Source: Octopus bimaculoides
Lineage: Eukaryota
Length of the DNA: 64,000 nt
Direction: 5' to 3'
Assembly: GCF_001194135.2 (NCBI RefSeq)
Contig: NC_068990.1
Coordinates: 74,362,332-74,426,331, forward strand
Shown here: piece after piece, positions 37,128 to 49,838 of the stretch
How the letters are laid out: each line of letters starts with the position of its first letter
How positions within the stretch are numbered: the first letter of the stretch is position 1
Translations under genes and position numbers: made by a program
Notes under the pieces: model-generated
What the model was told of the DNA's origin: nothing
Databases searched by the model: none
What the model saw: only the letters and a program-made list of their open reading frames with translations

Positions 37128-37750
37128 CTACCGATAGCGACAAATGTGTGGTGAGAGGGGTGAATGTGTTGTGAGAGGTGTGAAACGGTATGGCACGTCG
37201 TTAGAAAATGTCCCAAACTGGATCAACGCGAATACAAAAGGCGCAATGATAATGTGGCAAAAATGATCCATTAGGAGCTCTGTGGAAATCACGGCCTATA
37301 AAGAGCAAAGACGTGATATGAGCAACCCCAGAAGGAGTCACCGAAAATGTGAATTGCAAAATTCTGTGAGATCCAATGATCCAGTGCGATGACCCGACCA
37401 GACATCAGAAACCGGACATTGTTGGGGTGATTAAAGAAAACATAATATATATGGTAATCGACACAGCATGCCCTGGTGACAACAGCGACAGTGTGAAAGA
37501 AGAAAAACTAAACAACTATGACGATTTGAAGTGGGAAATACAAAGTTTGTGGTGAATGGAAAGAGCAGACGTGGTACCAATAGTAATTAATGCGCTTGGA
37601 AATATCGGTACTCAACTACCAACATGACTGAAAAAGGTTGGTGCAAGTATGAAGGTAGAACACCTACAACAATCAGCATTGCATGGAACTGCAAGAATTC
37701 TTCACGGGGTTCTTGAAGCATGACCAGTAAGCAAGCGTCACCTTAGTCTA
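37128..37750 (+). mobile_element. Second, distinct R4/Dong-clade 3' fragment with a (CTA)n(TAA)n tail
   Basis: ETVWHVVRKCPKL...YKRRNDNVAK...KPDIV...VIDTACPGD...YDDLKWEIQSLW...VVPIVINALG...SALHGTARILHGVLEA*, followed by a microsatellite tail at about 37750-37830. Confidence 0.88.
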
Positions 37751-37829
37751 CTACTACTACTACTACTAATAATAATAATAATAATAATAACGACAACAAC
37801 AACAACAACAATAATAATAATAATAATAT

Positions 37830-38030
37830 TTTCCATTATAGGCCCAAGACCTGAAATTTGGGGGAGAGCATAGTCGATTACAACGATCCAGTGTTTTACA
37901 AGTACTTAATTTGTCGACCCCGTAAGGATGAAAAGCAAAGTCTACCTTGGGGAAATTTGAACTCAAAACGTAACGACAGGCGAAACATCGCTATGCAACG
38001 TGCTAACGTTTCTGCCACCTCACCGTCTTA
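37830..38030 (-). mobile_element. SINE family A, full length
   Basis: Reverse complement agacggtgaggtggcagaaacgttagcacg...gagttcaaatttccccaaggtagactttgcttttcatcc. Confidence 0.85.
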
Positions 38031-38092
38031 ATAATAACAACGACAATAACAACAACAACAACAACAACAACAACTACTACTACTACTACTAC

Positions 38093-38144
<52 letters not shown>

Positions 38145-38944
38145 TTAATAATAATGATAATAATAATAATAACAATAATACTGAGTGCACCTAAAATTAC
38201 CCTTTGTCTAATTTCGTACAACATTTTATGAATTTTTAATTATCACTGATTGATTACTCCAACTAAAATAGAGAGAAGGGAAAATAGATTACGAAAGCTA
38301 AGCAATCAACAAAAATAGCAACGATATTCACTCAGACAGCTCACTTGAACGCGAAACAAATTAAAATTGACGCAGGTGGTGCTATTATGATCGACACGGC
38401 CTGAACCATTGTGGTCAAAATTGATCTGAGGTGATCGGGGAATACTTACTATCTAATGAATCCTCACACTAATAATAATGGTGCTATTTACAAGTTAATA
38501 TCAACTGCAAGTATTCAAAACTTCGTAAGAAGTTATACAACTGGCTATTGTGAAATCCTATATTTCTCATTCTGGTTTCTTTAAGCAGTTATAGTAACAA
38601 ATCGGCTACAGTTCCCTAATGAGTTAAAAATGCAATGGAACATGTACAGATTTCTCACCATTCCGACAACAGATTAGATTCATTCCTTCACTATGATTTA
38701 TTGTTTGAATGAATTTTATTAATTAAAACTACGGAGTTATTTCCCGTGTCTGCTTTGACTTTAATTAGTCGTTAAGATAAAATTTTTATATCTTCACTCA
38801 GTGTATACTTTTAATTATAATTTCTTAAGTCATTAGCTATACTGGGTATTTAAATATTTACATAATTATTATCTTTTTTCTTTTCAGCAGTAGTCTGAGT
38901 ACTTATATCTAGTCGTTATAAGCTGTGTGGCTTTATATATACAT

Positions 38945-39185
38945 ACTCTTTTACTCTTTTACTTGTTTCAGTCTTTTTTTGACTGTGGCCATGCTGGAGC
39001 ACCGCCTTTAGTCGATCAAATCGTCCCCAGGACTTATTCTTTGGAAGCCTAGTACTTATTCTATCGGTCTCTTTTGCTGAATCGCTAAGTTACGGGGACG
39101 TAAATACACCAGCATCGGTTGTCAAGCGATGTTGGGGGGGGGGACAAACACAGACACACAAACACATACACACAAACACATACAC

Positions 39186-39252
<67 letters not shown>

Positions 39253-39418
39253 TATACGACGGGCTTCTTTCAGTTTCCTCTACCAAATCCACTCACAAGG
39301 CTTTGGTCGGCCCGAGGCTATAGTAGAAGACACTTGCCCAAGATGCCACGCAGTGGGAATGAACCCGGAACCATGTGGTTGGTAAGCAAGCTACTTACCA
39401 CACAGCCACTCCTATGCC
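38945..39418 (-). mobile_element. SINE family B, full length and young-looking
   Basis: Complete head to tail, ending in (TAAAAGAG)-type repeats; internal (TA)n(TG)n at about 39150-39255. Confidence 0.93.
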
Positions 39419-39775
39419 ATACATATGTATTAATGAATTCTTAATACATTCTTAACATATTCTCTGACGGTACTATAAAACGGCTGCGGTTACGGAAGGT
39501 TTATGTGTCAAACTATAATTATTTCACTGGATATTAAGCTCAAATCCTGTAAGATATTAAGTTTAAATCTTGTCAGAAACTATTATCATAATCAAAAGTC
39601 ACTAAATCAGTTTTATAAAACCAGGATCAAGATAGTTAAAGCCGGTCATTTATAATGCAGCACCCTTAATTTCATTGCCCCTAACACGTCTTTAAAAACT
39701 TCATAAATTTCTTGTGTTTCTATAGAAGTAAACTGGAAAGATCAAGCGGTTGCTGTCGAGAAAAAAAAATGTCCA

Positions 39776-39956
39776 AGGCACAGGTGTGGCTGTGTGGTAA
39801 GTAGCTTGTTTCTCAACCGTATTATTTTGGGTACTGTCGCACTGCGTGGCACTTGAAGCCATTGATTTTCAGTATAGCCGCTGTCCGACCAAATAATGTG
39901 GGTAGATTTGGTTGACGGAAACTGAAATAAGCCCGTTTATATATATATATATATAT
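39776..39956 (+). mobile_element. SINE family B 5' half running into an N-gap
   Basis: ggcacaggtgtggctgtgtggtaagtagcttg...ggaaactgaaataagcccg(TA)n. Confidence 0.85.
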
Positions 39957-41892
39957 NNNNNNNNNNNNNNNNNNNNNNNNNNNNNNNNNNNNNNNNNNNN
40001 NNNNNNNNNNNNNNNNNNNNNNNNNNNNNNNNNNNNNNNNNNNNNNNNNNNNNNNNNNNNNNNNNNNNNNNNNNNNNNNNNNNNNNNNNNNNNNNNNNNN
40101 NNNNNNNNNNNNNNNNNNNNNNNNNNNNNNNNNNNNNNNNNNNNNNNNNNNNNNNNNNNNNNNNNNNNNNNNNNNNNNNNNNNNNNNNNNNNNNNNNNNN
40201 NNNNNNNNNNNNNNNNNNNNNNNNNNNNNNNNNNNNNNNNNNNNNNNNNNNNNNNNNNNNNNNNNNNNNNNNNNNNNNNNNNNNNNNNNNNNNNNNNNNN
40301 NNNNNNNNNNNNNNNNNNNNNNNNNNNNNNNNNNNNNNNNNNNNNNNNNNNNNNNNNNNNNNNNNNNNNNNNNNNNNNNNNNNNNNNNNNNNNNNNNNNN
40401 NNNNNNNNNNNNNNNNNNNNNNNNNNNNNNNNNNNNNNNNNNNNNNNNNNNNNNNNNNNNNNNNNNNNNNNNNNNNNNNNNNNNNNNNNNNNNNNNNNNN
40501 NNNNNNNNNNNNNNNNNNNNNNNNNNNNNNNNNNNNNNNNNNNNNNNNNNNNNNNNNNNNNNNNNNNNNNNNNNNNNNNNNNNNNNNNNNNNNNNNNNNN
40601 NNNNNNNNNNNNNNNNNNNNNNNNNNNNNNNNNNNNNNNNNNNNNNNNNNNNNNNNNNNNNNNNNNNNNNNNNNNNNNNNNNNNNNNNNNNNNNNNNNNN
40701 NNNNNNNNNNNNNNNNNNNNNNNNNNNNNNNNNNNNNNNNNNNNNNNNNNNNNNNNNNNNNNNNNNNNNNNNNNNNNNNNNNNNNNNATATATATATATA
40801 TATAACTTGATTCCTGTAATTCCAAATGACAACAAATATTCATCATACTCCTACTACCTGTATAAGCAAATTATTGAACCTACTTTAGCACAGTAGTTAT
40901 TATGGTCCGCACCATACTTCTGTCCCCAACAGGATAAGTCATAAAGGTTACTAGTGGGAGTTTCGCAATCTCTGGAGATTTGACTACGTAATCTGCTTAT
41001 AAGATTTTCCTTCTAAAACACATTATTTATTATTAATGAAATGCATACAAACTTACATACTTATATTCATACATACATGCATGCATACATACATACATTT
41101 ATATATACCACACACACACACGCGTACGCACACGTACCATATCTAGCTATCGATCTCTTTCTTTCTGTATAAATATGTGTGAGTGTGTATGTGTGTGTAT
41201 GTGTGTATAAGTAAGATGATGAAACTAAATAATTTATAAACAAACCTTTCTGTTTTGCTTTTTCCTGTACGTACTCTGTGATCTTTTTAACTACGGAAAC
41301 ACATCAAGAGAGACGCTGGCTCTAATATGAGTTTTCCTTGCTGTTTGCTCGTTGAATAAATAAGAATTCACGTGGAATTGTATAGAGATTGTATTTTTCA
41401 TGTAAATTAACTTTAAATCGCACTATATAATTGTGTGTGTGTTTGTATGTATGTATGCACTAACGTGCGTAGATACGTGTGTTTGTGTGTATGTGTGTGT
41501 GTGTATGCATGTTCTCTTGTATTAAAATATTTCTTATTAATGCAACACAAGTATGTCGCAGTCAGTGAAGTACAGGACATATATGTATATATATTTAGCC
41601 CACTGTTTCGATCTCAAATCCTTCTATGGTCAGCCTTGTTTTCGATCTCTTCTCCTTTTGTGTGTCGAAGCGAAGCTAAAATAACAACGACAACAAATAA
41701 CAATAATGATGCTAATAACAACAAAAACAACAACATAAGCATATGGCAGGATTTTCGCGAGCACCACGATCGCGACAGTCCTGTTGTAGCATGAAGACAT
41801 GTGATGCAAAACCTATTTTCCCACTGTTTTCTGCGTTATGTGCAAATCAGAGAGCATAAAAGTGAATGAGAATACACACGATAATTTTTAAT

Positions 41893-42105
41893 ACGGCGTT
41901 GAGCAGGCAGAGTATATAACGCGTCGATTAAAACGTTTATTGACGTTTGGTCCGTCTTTACGTTGTGAGTTCAAATTCCACCGAGGTTCACTTTGCTGTC
42001 GTCCTTTTGAGGCCGATAAAATGAGTACAAGCCATGCACTGTGGTCAATATAATCGGCTTCTTTCACCACAAAATTTCAGGTCTTGTGCCTAAAGTAGAA
42101 AGAAA
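41893..42105 (+). mobile_element. SINE family A, full length, diverged
   Basis: ggcgttgagcaggcagag...gtgagttcaaattccaccgagg...gccgataaaatgagtac. Confidence 0.8.
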
Positions 42106-42184
42106 TAATAGCTTAATTTGAATAGCGGTTCTTCATGTACCTCCAACATTTTATAATTTGGGAAATGGCAGTGGAATTTCAAAT

Positions 42185-42405
42185 GAATCTAAAAAGATGG
42201 GACGTTTAGCAGAACAGTTTTCGTAAGTGAATGCTTAGCAGTTTTTAGTTGGGATCTTTCATGGCCTGAGTTCAAATCTCACCGAAGCCGATTTTGTATT
42301 TCATTACTTCGGGGTTAATAAAATAGGTACCAACCAAGTAGCTTGAGGGAAAAAGTAATGTAATTGGCTGTAATCTTACCAGGTAATTCTTGGTCTTGTG
42401 GCTAA
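42185..42405 (+). mobile_element. SINE family A, diverged, in tandem with the previous copy
   Basis: cctgagttcaaatctcaccgaagccgattttgtatttcattacttcggggttaataaaataggtacc. Confidence 0.7.
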
Positions 42406-42823
42406 ATTTAAAATAATAACATATTGGTAGCGTACCAATAAATGCTTTATTATTATTGCTCTCTGTAGTTTTGAGCCGCAGGGCTATGAACTTTAAGGAA
42501 AGTGTTCCCATAGATATCTGAATGATATAACCGGGAGAATACGAACCAACTGATATATTAAATGGACGTGAAATAGAGAGCTGTAAATGACACGACAGAA
42601 GACAGATGATTCATAAAGACCATTTGTAATCTATGAAAGTTAGAGGTTGTATGTTCCAGAAGAATGAGAGCCTCACGCAGCTTAGCAAATCCCAAAACTA
42701 CCAACGAACACTTAGATAGACTAGATAAGAGAAGCAATTTGAACCTTCTGTTCTTGTGATCAAAACTAAGCGTCAGTTGCACATTCTTGTTTGAGTAGGT
42801 TACCATATTTACTTTCTTTTTCC

Positions 42824-42939
42824 TTAACCTTCGGCACACTGCATTTTCTCTAGAACTGTCTATCCTGCCACTTCCCTGTTACTACAGGGGAGAAAACTCA
42901 TACGGTGACAGGATGAGCCGACAGTGTACTAAAGGTTAA
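42824..42939. mobile_element. 108-bp piggyBac-like MITE bounded by TTAA
   Basis: TTAA(42824-27)-CCTTCGGCACACTG ... CAGTGTACTAAAGG-TTAA(42936-39), with imperfect 14-bp TIRs and internal complementary segments. Confidence 0.7.
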
Positions 42940-44135
42940 ATTATACCTTTTTAAAAATGTTATCCGTGTTTCACATAATCACTGAGTAATTCTCGGTACA
43001 TTTTTGAGAAATTTTGAAATCTTAAAATGCTTTATATTCTGTGTAACACTTCTTGCCCGTTTCTCAATTTTATAAGACTTTGTATCTATCTGATTATATG
43101 AAATATAAATGAAGTTGTTTATATTATTATTTTTACCTTCATATTTAATATTATACTCATCATCATCATCATCATCATCGTTATCAGAAGCATAATTCAT
43201 TAATATTTTTCATATCACCATATTTTCGTCGCCATCATCATCGTCGTAGTCGACATTATCACCATAATCACCATAATCATCATCATCAGCACCATCGCTA
43301 CCACCACCGTCACCACATCAAACTACTATCACCATACCATCACCATAAGACCACTACAATCTATAACTACTATCGACACTACCACCATTCCAACGCTTCT
43401 CCTCTTTCTCCTCCTCCCTTCCCCCTCCTCCTCATAATTGAATGTATTTTTATTAATGAAAGATTCAAATAGATTCCACCAAATAATAACTCTTGATTTT
43501 AATGTAACAGAAACAATAGGGAAAATACATTAAATACGAATGTAATGAAAATATAAAGAAACATGAAAATAAAGAGAGACGGAGATAGGAAGAGAGGGAG
43601 AGGATGGTAGAATTAGAGAAAACGAAAGGCAAAAATAAAACTTATGATATTTTACTGAAAACAAATGACATCGCGCTATTTAATATAAGTATTCTTCAAC
43701 ACCGAAGAAATAGTTACTTTATTTTGCTATGTAGGGTATTCTAAATGCTAATCAGACCATTTTTATTACGTGTTCTCCTTTGCAATTAAACACACTAATA
43801 CACACCTATACATACACTAAATACACAAACATGCGCACATATAAGCACAAACTGACTTTCCCCAAATATATATATATAGATAGATAGATAGATCTATCAA
43901 TATTATAAACATATATTAATGTATATGTGTGTATGTGCGTGCGTCAATATATATATATAGATAGATCTATCAATATTATAAACATATATTAATATACATG
44001 TGTGTATGCGTGTCTATATCTATATATATACATAGATATGTGAGCGCGTATATATTTGAATATATCGGCAAATACCAATGTATTCATATGTATTTTTGTA
44101 TGTATACACACAGACACTGACACACATGTATGTAT

Positions 44136-44166
<31 letters not shown>

Positions 44167-44701
44167 TGCATTTATATACTGTCTACACACACTCACACAC
44201 ATGAAAACATCCAATTATTCATAGATATCTACATACTTGCATAGACGCACAGACGCACATACACACGTATACGTATATATACTCTCATGCAAATACGTGT
44301 AATTTTAATTTTCTATATTTTTCTATACTCATTTATTGGAAAGCAAGAATAGATTATATACCAAAGATCATTAGAATCTTCTTGCGTCTCACCAGTCATA
44401 GAAAATGCATTAACTGAAGGGTATAGAATCCAATCAAAGCCCAGCATCGAACTGCACAGATTTCGAAAAAATGTTTTCCAGAAGCTTTTTATTGTATGTG
44501 TTCAACAAAAAATATTCATGTGCTTTTACTGTACATATACTTTTGCGTAGACTGGGAATTTTTTTCTGCTCCTCGCTTCAGCCCGAAAACTTAGATATAA
44601 AAAAATGAACAATGGTTAGTGAAATTTTTTATCATATACATACATAAATGCATACAAATATTCATTCATACTGGCATATCCTTATGGATAAATGACTACA
44701 C

Positions 44702-44943
44702 TGTGACAGTGTAATAACAATATAATCGAAACAAACGGCATTAACCACTCGGAACGTAAGAACAATCTTTTAATAACCAACAATCCAACATGCTAACTCG
44801 AACAGTAAACTTTGAACTCCAACTTTGAACTATCAACATACGAACTGCAAAACTAGCACGAAATCCCTCGCTTATTCAGACCGCTACTATTTATATGTAG
44901 TGGGCCAGTCTATTCTCGCCAGGGAGCGTTGTATCCTCGCACA
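44702..44943 (-). mobile_element. 3' LTR of a Gypsy-type LTR retrotransposon (about 242 bp, TGTG...CACA)
   Basis: Begins TGT immediately after the polypurine tract AAAAGGGGAGA (44954-44944) and contains CATATAAATA and ATTAAA. The far end is inferred from the inverted CACA. Confidence 0.65.
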
Positions 44944-45680
44944 TCTCCCCTTTTGAGATTTCGTGTTCCAAAGGAATAAAGAAATTTTGTATTCATATTT
45001 TTAAAAATCTTTCTTTACTATCTCTTTCGCTTGGGCATTATCTCAAGGTATTCGGTCTGTTTTCTCTTTCTCATGCTGGTTCGACGGGACTATTACTTTC
45101 GGTACCAGTACATCGAATTATTCACAGAATACTTCTATGGGAATTTCTTCCTGATCTTGATTATGCCTCTTCCTTGGTTGGTTTGTATGTCTCTTATGTT
45201 CACCGTATGACCCTTTAATTAGATACATCATACTTCCAATTTTTCTGGCAACAAGGCCATCTTCTCTGCCTTCTTCGCCGTTTCTATAGGTTTTTAACGC
45301 ATTTTATCACCTCTCTCGACGTATTTCGTTGGATATTTCGTATTTGCTTTACGTCTTTTTTTCTCTGGTAATAGCTTATCAAAAATGGATTTAATTCTAC
45401 TTGCGAACATCAATTCTGAGGGAGACTACCTTAAATGTGTACATGGATTGGGGGTCACTCTGTATATTCTTAAGAAACTTGTCATTGCTTCTTCGTTACT
45501 TAATTCATTCCTCGCTTTTCTTCACGCACTCTTAAAAGTGTCCACAAATCTTTATACTTGCTCGTTTGACCTCGGATGGTAGGGTCGTGTGAAAATATGG
45601 TTTTTCGCATTCCTTTTTACTGAAGTTTTTGAATTCATACCCAGAGAACTGCGTTTCGTTGTCTGAAACTGCGTTAGCTA
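44944..45680 (-). pseudogene. Gypsy integrase (rve and C-terminal region) relic with PPT
   Basis: Pieced frames VSDNETQFSGYEFKNF, HIFTRPYHPRSNEQV*RFVDTFK, FLRIYRVTPNP...SPSELMFASRIKSIFDKLLP and KIGSMMYLIKG...HKRHTNQ, with many stops and frameshifts. Confidence 0.85.
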
Positions 45681-45832
45681 ACGTTGTCTTGTGTAAACGA
45701 GCTTACTGGGATTTCGGACTTCGTCGAACTGTAACTCAATTAATTGTTGTTGTAGTATTTATTTTTGCAACTCCTGTAGTTGTTACAGTGGTTTGTCTTG
45801 AAGCTGTACTACGACCGTGTGTGTATGGGTGT

Positions 45833-46078
45833 TGTGTTTGAACAAGGCACTTTATTTCACGTTGCTCCAGTCCATTCAGCTGGTAAAAATATGTAGTATA
45901 TCTATTACAAAGGGTCGGCTTTGTCCCATTCTGTGTCTCGTCGAATCTCCCTGAGAACTACGTTAATGGTACACGTGCTTGTGGACTTCTTAGCCACTTA
46001 CACATTAATTTCTAAAGTAGGCTATTACGTTCATCGGATCAACTGGAACTCTCGTCGTCGTAACCGACGGAGTGCCAA
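45833..46078 (+). mobile_element. SINE family C lacking its head
   Basis: tgaacaaggcactttatttcacgttgctccagtcc...ctccctgagaactacgttaa...aactggaactctcgtcgtcgtaaccgacggagtgcca matches 61656-61974. Confidence 0.85.
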
Positions 46079-46182
46079 CATATATACGTGTATATTCATG
46101 TACATAATATATGGATGAGAGTACGTACGCATGTATTCATAAGTACGTGTATATATTCGGGTGTATGTGTATGGTGAGTGCG

Positions 46183-46225
<43 letters not shown>

Positions 46226-47090
46226 ATGTGTGTGTGAGTGTGTGTGAAAAATTATTGACTCATTTCACAAGGAAAGTTCAAAAATTATTCAAAGTACTTA
46301 GATACTTAGATGAGTTTCGTCCAGAATTGGCCCAGGCCATGACTAACTTGATAGTACTACTTAGGAAGGACATTTAATGATGTTTTATATTATAGTCGTT
46401 TTTGATCTCATAGCCCATCCAAGTAAAGAGTTATTTCTCTTATATACTCGTGGAATGGGGGACCAACACTTTGGAGCGAAAATTAATATAGGGTANNNNN
46501 NNNNNNNNNNNNNNNNNNNNNNNNNNNNNNNNNNNNNNNNNNNNNNNNNNNNNNNNNNNNNNNNNNNNNNNNNNNNNNNNNNNNNNNNNNNNNNNNNNNN
46601 NNNNNNNNNNNNNNNNNNNNNNNNNNNNNNNNNNNNNNNNNNNNNNNNNNNNNNNNNNNNNNNNNNNNNNNNNNNNNNNNNNNNNNNNNNNNNNNNNNNN
46701 NNNNNNNNNNNNNNNNNNNNNNNNNNNNNNNNNNNNNNNNNNNNNNNNNNNNNNNNNNNNNNNNNNNNNNNNNNNNNNNNNNNNNNNNNNNNNNNNNNNN
46801 NNNNNNNNNNNNNNNNNNNNNNNNNNNNNNNNNNNNNNNNNNNNNNNNNNNNNNNNNNNNNNNNNNNNNNNNNNNNNNNNNNNNNNNNNNNNNNNNNNNN
46901 NNNNNNNNNNNNNNNNNNNNNNNNNNNNNNNNNNNNNNNNNNNNNNNNNNNNNNNNNNNNNNNNNNNNNNNNNNNNNNNNNNNNNNNNNNNNNNNNNNNN
47001 NNNNNNNNNNNNNNNNNNNNNNNNNNNNNNNNNNNNNNNNNNNNNNNNNNNNNNNNNNNNNNNNNATATACACACATATGTATATATTGT

Positions 47091-47125
<35 letters not shown>

Positions 47126-47415
47126 TCTATGTAAGTAAGTTTGTTTGTATGTATGTGTGTATGCATATATGTATGTGTGTGTGTATGCGTGCATGTATAT
47201 ATCTATGTGCGTTTCTTCTCGTTATATATTACAAATATATTTGTTGATATTGGCAATAAAATTCCATTCCAATATTTCTTTTGAAATTTTTCTCCATCCA
47301 AACTGAGATCAGTCTTAATAATTAATCCAGAATTAATATCTCGGGGGGAAAAAAATGAAAGCATTTTTGTTTAGATTTTTTAATCATATACATATGTATA
47401 GATGTGTACACCTGT

Positions 47416-47477
<62 letters not shown>

Positions 47478-49652
47478 ATAGTTGTATGTTTCTATATATA
47501 AATATATATATGCATGTATATATNNNNNNNNNNNNNNNNNNNNNNNNNNNNNNNNNNNNNNNNNNNNNNNNNNNNNNNNNNNNNNNNNNNNNNNNNNNNN
47601 NNNNNNNNNNNNNNNNNNNNNNNNNNNNNNNNNNNNNNNNNNNNNNNNNNNNNNNNNNNNNNNNNNNNNNNNNNNNNNNNNNNNNNNNNNNNNNNNNNNN
47701 NNNNNNNNNNNNNNNNNNNNNNNNNNNNNNNNNNNNNNNNNNNNNNNNNNNNNNNNNNNNNNNNNNNNNNNNNNNNNNNNNNNNNNNNNNNNNNNNNNNN
47801 NNNNNNNNNNNNNNNNNNNNNNNNNNNNNNNNNNNNNNNNNNNNNNNNNNNNNNNNNNNNNNNNNNNNNNNNNNNNNNNNNNNNNNNNNNNNNNNNNNNN
47901 NNNNNNNNNNNNNNNNNNNNNNNNNNNNNNNNNNNNNNNNNNNNNNNNNNNNNNNNNNNNNNNNNNNNNNNNNNNNNNNNNNNNNNNNNNNNNNNNNNNN
48001 NNNNNNNNNNNNNNNNNNNNNNNNNNNNNNNNNNNNNNNNNNNNNNNNNNNNNNNNNNNNNNNNNNNNNNNNNNNNNNNNNNNNNNNNNNNNNNNNNNNN
48101 NNNNNNNNNNNNNNNNNNNNNNNNNNNNNNNNNNNNNNNNNNNNNNNNNNNNNNNNNNNNNNNNNNNNNNNNNNNNNNNNNNNNNNNNNNNNNNNNNNNN
48201 NNNNNNNNNNNNNNNNNNNNNNNNNNNNNNNNNNNNNNNNNNNNNNNNNNNNNNNNNNNNNNNNNNNNNNNNNNNNNNNNNNNNNNNNNNNNNNNNNNNN
48301 NNNNNNNNNNNNNNNNNNNNNNNNNNNNNNNNNNNNNNNNNNNNNNNNNNNNNNNNNNNNNNNNNNNNNNNNNNNNNNNNAGAGTACGTTCTGTCTTATC
48401 TTCGAAACGTCAGGTTAGAATAGAGGCAGCTGATGAAGGAATATTCCAAGTGGCTTTCCGTTTTCCTATGTGTTCGTTCCGTTGTCTGTAGTTCATTGTT
48501 CTAACGTCCTGTACCCTGATATGCATATATCTACACATGTAGATGTAAGTATGTACATATATGTGTGTATACATGTATATATATATTCTTTGTATTATAT
48601 ATATATATATATATATGCGTTTTTTTATATGCATGTGTGTGTCTGTGTGTCTGTATGTGCACCTGTAAACGTGTTTGTGTGTGTGTGTGTGCGCGCCTGC
48701 GTATGAATATATGTGTCTGTATGGGCATACTCATTGTAATATGTTAAATTATTCTCTAGCTTCTGTGTCCTCTTCTGCGACACTTTCCCTCATCGTGTGT
48801 GTTCCCCTTCCGCTTAGTCCATGGACTAAACGGAGCAGGAGGACGGAAAGTGTCGCTGTATTCTCTAACTTCCGATCAATTACTAGGAACTTTTACAAAA
48901 TCAATTCCTGAGACAGGTTGTCTTAGAACACGAAATTTCAAATAAGAAGAAATAAAAGAAATAAAACAGAATATACAAACAAACGCACACACATAAACAC
49001 AAGTACACAAGAAAACACACTCACACACGTGTGTATGTATGTGTGTGTGTGTGGTGGGGGTTTATCTGTACATCTATGATATATATTTTGTTTTTAACTT
49101 TTACTTGTTTCTGCCATTGACCTTTGGCCGTGCTGAGGAGCTGCTTTGATAGGTTTAGGTGAACAAACTGACCTCAGTGCTTATTTTTGTGCTAGGTAAT
49201 TAGGCTATGGGCTTGTGGGTGTCGTAGTACACTACCCTTGTGATTTGCTTTTGGCGAAAATTTGCGAAGTTAGAACTGTTAGAATTTCCCATACCCTGAT
49301 GTTCTGCCTCCACCTGTAAAAGTGGGCCCACTTTTGCAGGTGGAGTCAGAAAAGTGAAAATGCAAATTGAATATAAAAAAATAATAATGGTTTTTTTTAA
49401 TGAATAGTAGCGATAAAAAATACAGTTAGATGAACTGAGGTAGAATTAAGAGGAATTAAATTCATTAGTTTGAATTGTTAAAGTCAAGCCGGTGTCGTCA
49501 TTGCTGTTCACTGGATTTGAATGCGTACCGAATATCGAACAGTTTTGGGTCTACTAGTCCCTGAGTAAAAAAAGATTGTGTAAAGGAGGTAAGTAGTTCT
49601 GGACGTGGTGCTATTAGGATCGAAATAATACTGCTTCCTATACACACACACA

Positions 49653-49690
<38 letters not shown>

Positions 49691-49697
49691 TATATAT

Positions 49698-49838
49698 ACG
49701 ACCGGCGTCTTTCAGTTCCCGTCGATCAAATCCACTCACAAGAATTTGGTCAGCCCGAGGCTATAGTAGAAGGCACTTGTGCAAGGTGCAACGCAGTGAG
49801 ACTGAACCCGGAACCTTGTAGCTGGGAAGCAAACCCTT
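49698..49838 (-). mobile_element. SINE family B 5' half (a decayed 3' fragment lies at about 49095-49205)
   Basis: Reverse complement gggttcagtctcactgcgttgcaccttgcacaagtgccttctactatagcctcgggc...gtgagtggatttg...gggaactgaaaga. Confidence 0.85.
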
